Assembly (NCBI GenBank): GCA_039545335.1
Contig: BCIN01000006.1
Location: forward strand, 124,001-188,000
Length of the DNA: 64,000 nt
Source of the DNA: Kondoa subrosea
Taxonomy: Eukaryota
Direction: 5' to 3'
In this document: positions 25,641 through 38,604 of the stretch, one piece after another
Layout: every line of letters begins with the position of its first letter
Position numbering within the stretch: position 1 is the first letter of the stretch
The notes under the pieces: generated by a model
What the model was told of the DNA's origin: nothing
What the model saw: the letters and a program-made list of their open reading frames with translations, nothing else
Database searches by the model: none
Made by a program: the position numbers and the translations under genes

Positions 25641-27249
25641 TTATCCTGATGCTACACCTTCTTCTTGAGCGGCAGATCCGTTTGCAGATTCTTTGATTGC
25701 CTTTTGCCATCTCCACTGTGATTTCGCAATAAAGTGAGTTGCAAATCAACTTAGAACTTCATAGCGATACTCACAGCCCTCCAGTAACTCAATGCAGCTC
25801 CAATTAGCAAAGCCCAACCGATGAACATTAAACAATATGATAGCCAATCATTAGCCATGCTGCTCACTGTGCGACGAAGAATCAGACCCTATCAGTAAAA
25901 AATTGATATGGGCTAAGTCCAAACGCACTTTTCATAGCATCCTCCAATCCTTCTCTTTGTATTTCCGTCAAATCAGTAAGCGCAGTGGGTGTTGCCACTC
26001 CTTCCCCAATAGCAGACGTAGCACTAGCAATGGCGCTCTGAACCGTATCCGTAGCTGTTCCTTCCAATACCGTTGTTGTTGTCGTAGGACCCCAAATTCC
26101 AGCCCAACCATCTTGATCACCTCTCCAAGTATCATTTCCAGGTAAACCAATTCTACCACCTAAGAATTGTCCGTCTGGTCCTAATAGTTCTGGTGGGATT
26201 TCATCGTTTGCTATTTCATTGTTTAAGATGGAAGCTCTGTTTCGAAGGTAGAAAGAATATTGGATGAGGGTTATGCCGAGACCTGCTCGAGAACCATTTC
26301 TTGCTGCATGGGAAGTATGGAGTAGATAAGTGAGTAAGAAGCCAACGAACTGATACAACATCAGCAAGTAACTGAAAGAGCTAAAGAAGGAAAAGCATCT
26401 TACTTGGAATGACATGGAGATCAACATGTTCCAAGCGAAAGAAAATATAGTGCCAACTGGTAATCCTTCAATCAAGATTTCATCAGAATCCATGTAACCG
26501 AAATGATGTGGTGTAATGATTGTGGTTTCCCAGTAAGGTGGTGTTGTATCCGCTGCTGCTGCTTCATACGTCTGTCGATAGCAATCAATGCCATACATCA
26601 GCTCAGCCTGATAATGCATTGGTTTCAGACTGACAGGAGGCATTTCTTTACTATCACCTCCATCATCATCACCACCAACCCATTCCTGCCTATCTTGCCG
26701 CCTTCTCTCAGGTTTAGCAGTCAAATTAGCGAATACGCCATCATTTCGATTAGGTCCCATCAACCTCCTTCCCACGACATTCGATGAATCAGGATCAGAA
26801 GTAGCTAAAGGATTGTATCGACCGAAGAGAGACTGTGTTGCTTGATTGAAACGGGCTCGGAGTGAATTACTTCGTTGAGCTGATAAAGAAGTAGATTGCA
26901 TTTCTTCAGTTGGCATAACAGAAGTAGAGGAAGAAGGTAAAGGTTGATCAGCTACTGATAATTCAAAGTTGTACATGCCTTGTTGTCGCTGTGTTGTAGG
27001 CATTGATGAATGATCCGAGGACTGTGCTTGTCGCTCAGATTGGGACAACAAAGGATAGCTATCGCCTTGTTGCTCTTCAGAGGCATTGTTTTGACGTCTT
27101 TGAGCGCCGTTGTTGGCAGATACAGAGTGCGAAGGCGAGGAGTCATCATTGAAAGCAGCCTCCAATTCTGCATCGTCGTCTTCTTGCTGATTTAGCCTGA
27201 CATGCTGCGATGAAGTAGAGTCCCGCCGACCACCAAAGAAGGGTAGCAT
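25641..27249 (-). CDS. BSD2: Bsd2/NDFIP-like Rsp5 adaptor (DUF2370)
   Basis: NDGVFANLTAKP, PPTYE (spliced) and PPYWETT motifs, followed by GLPVG...SFQFVGFLLTYLLHTSHAARNGSRAGLGITLIQY. Confidence 0.9.
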
Positions 27250-28975
27250 TTGAATCGGGTATAAAGAGAGCAAGTCGTCAGTGCAGGTCAACCGATGTTT
27301 TGGTTGCATTTCGACCGTCATGCGCTCAATAACTCTGTCTCTGTGTACATAACAGGAGGGATCTCAGTCTCGGGTCTCTGTGCTAAAGAACAAGCTCTGA
27401 TCGGGCTGAAATCTGTGTTTTGGCAATCATGTCACATGTGGCTCGACTATCTTATGCTGTTTTTCTCTCTCTTCTGCTTCAGAAGCGCACTATCAGGACT
27501 ACTGATGCCATCTGTGTCCCACCACCGCTTAGAGATGAGCCACTGTTTCGCAAAACCTTTCATGTCGTGATGCGACGTACAATCAGCTTCTCGCTATAGC
27601 ATACTGCTCTACTACTCTTGGCATTAAGATCTTGCTTGGTGTTCGTTGAATTACTATGCGGCGTCTTGCTAGACTTAGGTCGAAATCTACGAAATGGAGT
27701 ATAAGTGCGTGGTTCATTGCGGCATCAGTATATAGCTGATTCGCAGATAACCCCGTCACAGACAATTAGCAGTCCTATACCTCAAAATCTCAACTAGTCT
27801 CATCTTTCCTCTTCGAATAAAATCTTTTTCGGACCGTTACCTAATCGATTGCGAAAATACATGGAGCATTCGGAGGCTGTTCGAGCTGCTCTAGATATTT
27901 GAGAGGAATAGTTCGAAGAATATTGCTCACCGGCCAAAGAGCCAGCACTAGGCAACAACGTCTTTCTCAAGAGAATCACCATGATTAGGCAACAGCAAAT
28001 CTGATTTGCTTCTAAGGTCGTGGATCTGTCATGGTTTGACACATATCTAAGCACCATCTTTTAAGCACTTCACCTGGTGTGGGCTCTTTTAGAGTGACCC
28101 GAAATCGCTTGACACGGGTGCACCCAACTTAGTCTTTCATCACTTTAACAGCTTTTATGCGATATTGGCCCTCTGCTACTGTCATGGCTTATTATGAAAG
28201 TCTAAAAATTCAGCAAGCGGGCTTATGCAGGATTTAGCAGCTTGAGTCATTCATCTTATTGCTGGTCATAAGGTCAGAGAAGAGATCGAAGCATCGGGAT
28301 CTTGCTGATCATTCGGTTTGATTCTGTGACAGGCTATGCCTATCGTTATACAACGGATAGAAGGTAGCGATTCTTCACCTCAAGCAGATAAATGGATCGG
28401 CTTCAACCTGGAGCGGTCAATCATAAGAGAGATCTCGATGACGACCTCCGGCAAGAGTCTCAAGTTCTTTTAATCGTTCTGACAAAGAGGAAAACAAGGA
28501 CAAGCTGCCAACAAGGCTGAGAATAGCAGGCTTGAAGCTGTCAGTGAATTTGGCTTCAAGCATATTACCTGCTCATTGCCTGTATTTGTTGACAGCCGTG
28601 TCAAGTACTGCAATGTTTCGGTCAGCTGTCAGAATGAAAACGTATGGAAAAGGAAGTTATCACCTTTACCATATGTCCGAATTTAGAGACAACTCCGAGA
28701 CATAAAATGAATGCCTGCGGATGATCTGATTGTACTCTTATAAGTAAGAGAAATACTTCTGACATTTGCAATATTGATGTTAATGACATACAAAACTAAT
28801 GAGTGATACTAATGGAGAGAATCATAATACTTAAAGATAACCTGAATCCTTCGTGTATGATGGGGTATATCAACAAAAGCGCCAAATAATATAAGCAAAG
28901 CCGGTTCAAGACTATGTGATTGTCAGCTGCTTGTAATCTGAGGAAGTCTAGCACCCTTACCTTTGATAACAACCA

Positions 28976-30489
28976 TCATGCACGCCATTCAGCAAAATCG
29001 TCGACTCCCATACCAGCACCTTCCGTTTCCCAAGGCATCTTTGATCCAATTAAGCTACCCTCTCTTCCTGCAGCAGTAAAATCCTGACCAATTTCGCTTC
29101 CGACTTGCTGCTCTTTCGAACCTTCCGCACTAACATCAACATTTGCTGAAGTGTTTCTTGGTAGCGATCTAGGTCTTGCCTCTTCATCGGCTGCCTTCCT
29201 CTTGCGAGGGGGAGTAACTAGCAAAGATTCGTTATTGTAGGTTCGAGGAGTAGAAGGTACAGGGGAAGCTGTGTAGTAGGGGTAAGCTGGAATAGCTGAA
29301 GAAGAAGAAGGAGCGGGTAGAGTAGGTAGAGCATAGAGACCTTCAGTATCGAGAGCCGTCTTTTCTGCGGCAGAGAGTTCCTTCTTTTGCTTCTTAGTCG
29401 GAGAAGGTATGTCACCAACGTTAAATTGACTGTTCGAAGCTTGTACGTAATCCATAGCTGCTTGCGTTGGTGACTGAACTTGCGCAGATGACTGGCATTG
29501 GGCGTTTCGATTAGCAGAAGGACCGATTTGAGCAGCGCTGATGTTTAGTCAGACGAGAAAAAACATCCCACAATGGCATGCACAAACCTTTGTATACCAG
29601 TCTGAACAGATCCACCAGCTGAAGTGGGCGAGTACAAAGTATACGAATTGCTACCAGGAAATTGTACGTTTGGCGATTGGGCCGATCGATCGACCGTTTT
29701 GCCTTGGCCCTGTACATCTTTAGTCTGAGGCCGAAACAAAGAGCCAGCAATAGAAGAAATTGGAGATTGGGCAGGGTTGACTCTATGATAAGGAAAGGGT
29801 TGCTTCGAAGGCTGTTGGTTATTGACTGGTACCGAAGGAAAAGTAGCGGAAGATATAGACTGTTGAGCTGGCCAATTCGGATGCATTGGAATACCAGCTT
29901 GACGGAATGCCATTGTAGCGCTCTTGCTTTGTGGAGACGCTGTATGCTGAGTATGCAAACCAGCACCAGTCTTCAGGGAATTCAGCAAAAAAGATTGAGC
30001 ATGGATAGGTGGCTGCTGCGACATTGATTTCCTGCCAGGAGAAGCTGATGAGATCGCTTGACCAGATGTAAAAGATTGCTGTTGTTGCTGAGATCCAACA
30101 CCTGGGGATCGAGCTAGTGTATATTGCGCCAGTTGTTTCGTAATTGTTGAAATATACTGCTCTTGGGCTCCATGCACCTTAGCCATAGTTAACCATAGAT
30201 CTAGAAGCTGGTCTTGTTGGGTGTTGAGTGCCATCATGTATTTGTACAAAGTCTCTTCCGTTAGAATGGCCGCCTCGATCTGACGGATCAAATTTTCTCT
30301 CTTGCTATTGATACCGTTCAAATCGGTCAACATTGTTTGAGAGAGCCAAATAGAGAGCCGCATTTTGGCAATTTCAGTCTTGTCAAGACGAGTAGTAGGT
30401 TCCTGCGAATCAAATAAGAGAAGAAGAGAATAGATGTACCACTAGCTTACAGTACTTGACGAGCTTTGCGCTACTATAGAGCGATTCAT
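28976..30489 (-). CDS. Hypothetical protein: helical N-terminus and long Q/S/P-rich disordered region
   Basis: ORFs 29545-30363 and 28976-29455 are joined by an intron. Contains an NLS-like PPRKRK. The start is uncertain. Confidence 0.65.
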
Positions 30490-31480
30490 TTAGCATTTAG
30501 ATCGTGAACCGATAGAATCCATCGCTAACCTGGTTCTGCTGCTCTTTGCCGAGCCAAATAATCAAAGCCATAGATAGCTATATATTTTGCTTGAGCAAAG
30601 GGCATATGACCTTGAGCAGCGGCCTTCAAGAGCTCAGCCAAGTACTGGTCTTGTTTCGCCTGATCAATTGGCGATACAGGCTGTAATGGATGATGGCTCG
30701 CCATAGCAAAGGAGGTTCACAGTGATAATCGCGTGTAGCTGAAGAGACAGATTCAATGACTACTGGGCAGTGTGGTTTTAGAGGGTCAGGGGTCCTTGCT
30801 CGAAAGTGAGTTACAGAGTAGAGAACAAGAGGGCACTTGTGCGCGCTGGCGAGAGTAAGCAGAGATAGAGAGTCCAAGCCCGTTGCGCCTACAGAAGCAG
30901 CGAAGCAAGCAACACAAAATTGAGGGGTAACACGTCGTTTGCGAAAAACAGCGTCTTGTTCCGACTCGGACTCTCAGGCTTTCGTTCTATTTGTCACATC
31001 CGCTTGGATAGTGGGCTCTACCTCTTTCCTTCGTCTACAGCTATCTTTGAAGTTCGCTCAGGCTGCTTTTTATCGGTGCTGCCTTCACAACGTCGAAGTC
31101 TTTGATACAAAGGCAATGAACGCGCCCAAAACGCCAGACAGACCTAAAGAGGTCGTTACAGCTCGCTCTACTCATAAGGGACGAGACAGACATGTAGCGG
31201 CGGAGCTCACGCCTGTGAGTTTCCTAGGAACTCTCAGTGGTAATTTCTTACTCATTGTGTCTTTTCATCTGCAGAAGAGTAAAGCCCAAATGCGTGGTAA
31301 GAGAATACTGTGATGATCCGATATGCCAGTGCTAAAGCTCTGCCTCTAGAAGAAGCTGAGTCTGATGAGGAGCATTCTAGTCTAATTGGCGAAATGCCCA
31401 TTCCCGGATCGAGTTCGTTATATCGCCCTTGGCCTCCCATCCTCTTTAGCTGATCGTAAATACGTTGAGCAGAGAACAGC

Positions 31481-32271
31481 ATGGAGTCTCCATCCAATCC
31501 CACTTTATCAACTCAAGTCACTTCTGATCCTGACACAGCTGTCCCTTCCCTGAGTGCTGGTGCTCAACAACTACTCGATCAGATCATGCAAATAGCCGCC
31601 AAAGAGGGTCTAGCAGGTACTAGCAATGTTTCCCAAGAAGAATGGCAATCTGGTATCGATCAGTTAACGCAGCTGTCGTAAGTTCTGATGCTTTATTATA
31701 GCCCTCCCTTCTCTCATAGTCCGATTACAGTGCTGAATGGACTGTTAACATTTCTAACGATCAATGGCAACCTTTTCTCCCTGATCCTCCGCTTGCTCAT
31801 GGTACAACTAGTTTCGACTTTGAGCGTTTGAGATCACCTTTGGCAATTTCCAAACCAGAACGAGTTTTCGTCGACTTCAGATTTACTCAAAAGGAAGCGG
31901 AAATTCTGCACGAAATTATGGAAGGCGTACGAGAGAGGGAACGAACGGGTGCGATTCCCGAAGGCCTGGTTCTCTATCAGCCTAATGAAGAGGAACAAGC
32001 GATGTTCAAGGAGTGCTTGGAGCTACTTGAGCAGAAGGCGGCTCACAGATTGTGAGTCTACCGCTGAGTCCATAGTTCCTTCCCTCAAACAATTGCACAC
32101 AGACTGCAGGAAATCATGGCCAAACCAAACGATGCTTTTGGTTTCTTTGTGCCTCCCTTCACAGAAGAACTGGCGGATGTCTTGAAAGCTGGTCAAGCTG
32201 GTCAAGGGTTAGGCGAGAACAATACGCCAAACTCTCCTGCCGACTCAAATAAGAACGACGATCAAAGCTAG
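31481..32271 (+). CDS. Acidic orphan protein family, copy 1 (upstream exons possible from ~31115)
   Basis: PTLSTQVTSDPDT..LSAGAQQLLDQIM, VRERERTGAIPEGLVLYQ and NDAFGFFVPP align with copy 2. Confidence 0.75.
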
Positions 32272-33432
32272 GTAAGCAAGCTTTGCTACCCTCGCAGAGT
32301 TGTTCTGACTGTGACATATTACAGAGCTTTACCTCTATCTCGCTCGGTGCAACCTTTCACCTCTTGAATACCTTACGTTTCTTTCCTACATACATAACTG
32401 CTCCCCATCCAAGTCGGATCAACTCCCAGCTTCTTTCGGTCCTTGGCTCGTCATGGCATGATTCACTAGCATGCGATTTCTCATACCTCAGGCTCTCATC
32501 ACCAGGCAATCAACTTGAATTGGGAGGATTCTCGAGCCATTTATAGTTTTATCTATCTGTATATCCGTCACTTTGTATGGCTTTCTGCTGTTTGAATGGT
32601 CACATCGTATTATGTAATACATCATATACTTCAGAGCTTCAAAGCTTGGAGGTTACTTTTCTTGTCCCAAACCAAAAATCGCATCAGCCAAACATTCAAG
32701 CCGTGACGGCCTTTTACTATATGACCGATGTACCTTGAAAGCAAGACCAGCTGCTTTCGTGTGCGTGTAATCGAGCTTGTCGAGCCGTTTGTGGAAGCAT
32801 GCCACAACACGACTTTGCAGCTTTCTCTCTATCGGCGCTCCGCAATTGGTCTCTGAGCTGAAATGTACAGTCTAGGGAAGTCGCAATGAGTCTGTTATCA
32901 AGTACTCTTCAAAGAAACCTTGAGGAAATCAATCTCCCTAGACTTGAAGTCGTAAATTCTCTCGCTCGAAATCGCTGGTTTCACTGCCTTCGTATCATCC
33001 ACTTGTCAGTACCTCCAGGGTTTGCTCCCATTATTATCAGGGGTATCTCATCATCTTCTCGAGTCACGTATCATGGAATATCTACCCTGCGCCAAATCAA
33101 TGTACATTCATTGGATAAATCTTTCGAACGGCTGTCTCAATCAATTCTACTGCTAGCTATCGCTATATCCACCTGTCTGTTTCTCGTGTGCTTGAGCCTA
33201 GCTATACTGGGGTCTCCGAATCATCATGGATCATCAGACTGTACAGCCATCCTTCGTCATGACTAATATAGTGATTGCAACCGCGGTCAGAAAGCTTTGT
33301 TTTTCAGTACGGCGTACAAAAGGCCTGATTTTCAGTTCTCTCTTCCTCTCTCTCTCTTCATCATTTATACCTTGCATTCGATATCCTCCATCCTATATCC
33401 TCATTTTGTTCTGTTATATACCCCTCATCAAG

Positions 33433-33927
33433 CTACAGTTTGGCTGTGCTCGACCGGGCTCTCTCAGACTGTAGTACATACCCTTGATTTGTTAGACTCA
33501 ATCGAGTTCTTCTTGTCGCATTTTAGTACCTGCATTTCCCTATAATTTGGCTGTGCTCGACCGGGCTACTCTCAAAATATAGGTGGTACCCTTCGGCTCG
33601 CTAGACTTCCTTGCGAAGTTCTCTTGCTCCATTTGATACCCTTCAAGATACCTGGCTTGATTTTTGCTGGTTAAAGATCTCGCTGCTCATGTCGCTTTGC
33701 TTGCTTTACGCGGTGCGTAGAGTGCTATGCTCACGTATAGCACACGGCACCCAACATTCAAAGCTCCTATACCCTGCTGACTTGCTGGTTCAAGTTCTGA
33801 CGTTAGTCATGCCTCATCTGCTTTACGAGGTGCGCTTGAGTGCTTGCACGCGGCACCCAACAGATGAAGAGCTATATACTCGAAAATTGTCTGCCTTGAT
33901 GCTGACTTTGCTGGTCAAAGTTCAGCT
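33433..33927 (+). repeat. Degenerate tandem repeats (periods ~107 and ~117 nt) with hairpins
   Basis: tttggctgtgctcgaccgggct occurs at 33439 and 33546. tgctttacg..gtgcg..ggcacccaaca..gctgactt occurs at 33702 and 33819. Confidence 0.8.
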
Positions 33928-34746
33928 CGGGTAGGTAAAACACTGACCTTTGCGTTTCTTTAGGTTTCCTCACTGGTTGTTCTTTTGATCTTTCGCTTCC
34001 TACTCACACCTTCCTCTTGTACGTATCTCTCTAGTGCAGAATCATTGCAAGTGCTCAGCTGTCCTTCACCTAGTATGCTATTTCGTAACTGAACTTCAAC
34101 ACATACGCGATTTCGGGAAACGACGGATCAATATAATCTGAGGCATCTGGGTCGTATTGTGCATACATATGTACACGATTTGTCTAATGAGAAGATTTTG
34201 GAGTCTCGTCTCTGACTTTGACTTTGCTATTTCCGCGTCTTTTTCGAATTGCCTGTCTTGTTCCCAACCTTCATCTCGCTGATCAGTGACCTGCTATTCT
34301 GAGATCTACTGCATACATCTACGGTCTACTCAGCGGCTCTGCTTTCACCCCTGCTTTGGAGCAGCTTCTGTTGGAACTCTGTGTACACAACTGGTCTACT
34401 CAAAGAGTTCGCAGTCCTTCTCTACTTCAATCTTGCCTACTGATCAGATGAGCAACTCTCATCAGCTGGCTTGACATCCCTCTGCTCAATTCTTTCATTG
34501 CGCGAAATTCCATATCGTTTTGAAACTAAAAGCTTTTGCTATAAAGGTCAGTACGATATTACGACATGTGTGACATACTGATATTCTACAGCGTTGTACA
34601 GTATCCTGTTCGTAGAATCCGGCAGTCCTTGTGTTTAGTCGGTATCGCGGCTCGACAGGCGATTTGATTTATCTCCAGTTAGCTATAGGCGCTCCTGACC
34701 ATCGATCTTGATAGGCTGATTGTGTTAGTCCTGTACAGAAGTCAAT

Positions 34747-35489
34747 ATGGATCATTCAAGCGCTATGCCTACTTTACCTACTCAACTTACTTCAAATCCA
34801 GATACTACTGTCAAACCTCTAAGCGCAGCTGCTCAAGAAGTACTCGATCAGCTTATGGCAAGTATGACTCCCGAAGACTTGGCAGAGGATATTCCCGAAT
34901 TAACACCTGAACAATGGGATATCGCGATACACGAAGCAGCACAAGTAGCGTATGTTCCTGTATCGTTCCTGATAGCCTACTGTTTAAGCTACATCACAGA
35001 GCTAGAAGCATTATGAATATTCCAAACAACGAATGGACTTCTTTCCTTCCTCTGCCTGCTGCAAATTTCGACAGGGATGTGCTCAACCTCTTGCCTTCTG
35101 CAACTTTACCTTCTTTCGATAGAGACACAGCCGGCGACGAGGATCTCTGTATCAGTGAACATGGAATGCAAGAATTACTCAAGATACTGGAAGATGTGCG
35201 GGAGAGGAACAGAACGGGAATCATCCCTCAAGGAGTAGAGCTGTACCAACACACCGAAGAGGAGCAGGAAGAGCTCAAGTACTACAGTGAAATAGCGGAC
35301 ACGCTTGCGTACGCAGATTGCTTCAGCTCATAAAGCTTTGGCTGATGCTCTGTTCGCAGTCTGGACAGGTTTTTGGCTACATCCAATGATGCTTTTGGTT
35401 TCTTCCTTCCACCTCGTCCATCAACAGATTCAGAAGATCATCAAGCCTCTGCAGATCTCGCTGATCATAGCAAACATGCATCATCTTAG
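34747..35489 (+). CDS. Acidic orphan protein family, copy 2
   Basis: PTLPTQLTSNPDT..LSAAAQEVLDQLM, VRERNRTGIIPQGVELYQ and NDAFGFFLPP; intron positions match copy 1. Confidence 0.75.
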
Positions 35490-37602
35490 GTAAAGTCTTT
35501 TCATCTTTGTCAACCGTGATCCAACTGACCCTTCAATTTTCCCAGACGACTTTCAACATCATGTTTGATCGTCTCTATGATGCCTATATATCATATCTCA
35601 CAATACTCTACCTTTCGATACCGCTCTCGATACCTTCAACGGACCAATACACGCATATACTGGCAATCGCTCCATCTAATGATCTCTACTCTGTTTCATT
35701 GCTCAGTCCGCAAGAGCCGAACGATCAATCAAGAAGCAGGGGTTCAGCTCGATAGTGTGATCTTCGATGAAGCGTTCTAGCACTGTAATTGTACATTTGA
35801 AGTAGACTGATAAGTATATATAATCTGTGCTGTACGATTGAGATCTACTTAATACACGTCTTTACTTGATATCTTCTGACTCTCCGCTTGACTTTCGCGA
35901 TTTCACGACCGTGACATCGTATCTTGCTCTTCAACCATCATCACATCCTCAGCTAATTCGGCTACTGGTTACAGTGCATTCGCTAACAAGAGTGCGCTCT
36001 ACCTTTTGACTTCACGCTGTAGCTTGCCTGCTTCGAAGCGTGTAGCTTACCCGGACACACTCTCGCTCAAAACAGACTGCATAGCTCTCTCGGTCCGTCG
36101 CCTTGTCTCAATTAGAGAACTATAGGCTTCTTCAATTCTTCTCGAATATTCATACCTAGCTGCTGCTCATGCTTTCGGCCTCTTCGAGCTCGTGACAGCA
36201 TGTGCAGCATGTCAAGCCACCGCTTGATTAAGGCAAGTTTCTTTATCAAAAGCTGCTCGTAGCAGAGCGTTGATACGGTTCATCTATCTTAGGCTTCAAG
36301 ACTCGCCGAATAGATGATTTGCAAACAATCGATTTGCATCGATCCTATTGTCCGATATTGCAATTGAGGCATAGTATAGCGTACTCTCGCGAATCTTACA
36401 TCTCTAATCTATTTCTCTCATTTAATCGGAGCCTGATCCTTCGTTATCTTTATATCCAGTCTGTACCTGTTCCTTTTCAGCCTTCTCTGGTTAATCGCTT
36501 AGATTACAAATCTGCCATAGCCCAAACGACTGATCCGAATCGCTTGTTTTGATTGCAGAGAACAAAAAGGCAGCTCTCGTTCTTCTTCTTTTCTTTTCCC
36601 ACCTTCCTATCATTCGAAGTGAGGTGTTTGTGGACAGTTTCCACGAATGATAGTTATACCCTGCTATGCTAGACTTTTTCCAAGTTCTTCTTGCACATTC
36701 AAGCTGCACTGCTGGTCAGTGTAGTATATACCCTTCATTGGAATACCCCCAATTGTTTTTACACTGACTTAGAAGTCCATTGTCTCTCAATGAGCAATGA
36801 GCTTCTCCTTTTGCTTTCAGATCATCAAGCTTATTGTCACTTCCTTTCGAGTTGTTCCTTGCTCTTTCAATAAAGTCAATTCGAGCAATTGGCTTACATT
36901 GAAAGAGTCAGAGCTTCTCAGATGGGAGTCTGACAATATTGCTTTGCAACAGAAGACCCCTTCGTCCTCGTGTCACAATATCGTCGCAACCTTTCCCCAG
37001 TATTCCCAGTATGTCATTTCTTCTGAACGGAGGAAAACAAGCTGACTTTATTGTACTTGACACTTCAATACAACATATATTGCTTGATTCATCTTCTGCA
37101 TCTGCTGAAGATCTCTGGTCTGATCTGGATATGCCCACCAATTTGATTCACAGCATATACAAGGGAAGCAAATCTTGTCTCATTGGTTACTATTGTTTAG
37201 GCATTCCACAGTTGAGCTGCTAGTGTATATCTGTTGCGCGTGCAATGCATCTCAAGTGGCTGACAGAAGCTGGGAGTTTCTCACTTTAGCTTTGCTTTTC
37301 TTCGTTACTCAGCCTTGTTCCCAACCTACCACCTCCAACTTGCTTACTGCTTTGAATATCTGAAGCTTCTATATTAGTTCCTCAGTCCCATCTCTCTCGA
37401 CTCCCGCTGGTTTACAGCACCTTGTGCGCGCTTCTGCGATAGAATACATTCGATTTGTTGTACGAACCCGCTGGTAGTCGATGTCTCTCTCGCTCATTCT
37501 TTGTCAGATAGCTAAATCTCACACGTCTACGCTTGCTCTCCCTTCACCCTCACTGCTACACACCTTTCGGTACCAGCTTGACATAGTTTCCCAGAAGCTT
37601 TC

Positions 37603-38093
37603 ATGGATTCTACCAAAGATAACGTGAACAAGACCGTCGAGCTCGCTTCTGGACCAAATAATGAGGCACTGCAAAATGAGCTGGAGGAAAGGAAGAAGAT
37701 TGCTCAAGCAGAATGCGACAGAATCTTCGATACCTACTTCCCTCAAACCAAAGATTGGCGATTTACGGAGGAGGAGTTGCAGCAGAGCGATGTGGCTCCT
37801 GAAGATTTGGCTCTTATAAAGGATTTCTTGGAGAACGATTGGTCCGATTTTGTGTACTTTGCCTTTTGATTTGTTTCATGTTCTGGTGCTTGCTCATTTG
37901 CTTCCCTGTCTCTGCCATCAGTCAGGATTCAATTATGGGCATACCGCTTGAAGATTGGCCTGTCCGCACACCAGAAGAAGCCGCTCGAGTACACAGAAAA
38001 TTGGAGGCTGCTGCCAAAGTTCGAGAAGATGGTCAGTCGCTTCTTAATCCATTGGAGAGCATTCTTTACCATTTCATGTGCAGCTCCTACTTG
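37603..38093 (+). CDS. Acidic orphan protein family, divergent copy 3
   Basis: Acidic ORF 37603-37869. Exon 2 begins SIMGIPLEDW, resembling SIMNIPNNEW of copy 2, and the upstream non-coding DNA is also similar to that of copy 2. Confidence 0.55.
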
Positions 38094-38604
38094 ATCTGAC
38101 ACCTTTCGTCGTCATACCATGGATCAAGGTAAGCTGCACTCTCTTTCAAGGAGGATAGCCCGCTAATCATTCAGTTACGTTGCGACAGCTCTGTCATTCG
38201 TCTCATCTCATCTTCGGAGTCTCTCAAGTCAGAGCAGCATATCAGATTCGACCTCTTCAAAGTCAAAACACTTCTCTCGACTCCTTTCACTTTCATTGTT
38301 CTGTAGCTTTTAAATCTTTCAGCTCGTGTTAATCGCCTTCGCCAGTATCATCTCGTCGGTCTTCTCAAGGCTATAATGGTTGTCACAACTTGCAATCATC
38401 AGGCAGTGACTGTGGTCAGCATAAATGGGCTAATTATGTAATATGTGCCCTCGTTTGTAAATACTCCGCATGACATTGTATTACCGCTTGTGTTTGCCTA
38501 CCCGTGCTTCACTCGCCTCACGTCCTTCAATCGCCTGGTTTCTTACAACTCGGCACCGCCAGCTTAAAGGTGCCTACATTTTCGGCAATTGTACCCAATG
38601 CAAA

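Noticed and set aside
27570..28950. ~1.4 kb gap without a clear gene (possible centromere or ncRNA)
   Set aside because: It shows no marked AT enrichment, repeats or recognisable RNA structure, and only short ORFs.
33433..33640. CRISPR-like array, H/ACA snoRNA or hammerhead ribozyme
   Set aside because: Only two close copies occur, in a eukaryotic context with no cas genes. There is no proper ANANNA hinge or terminal ACA, and no CUGAUGA/GAAA core.
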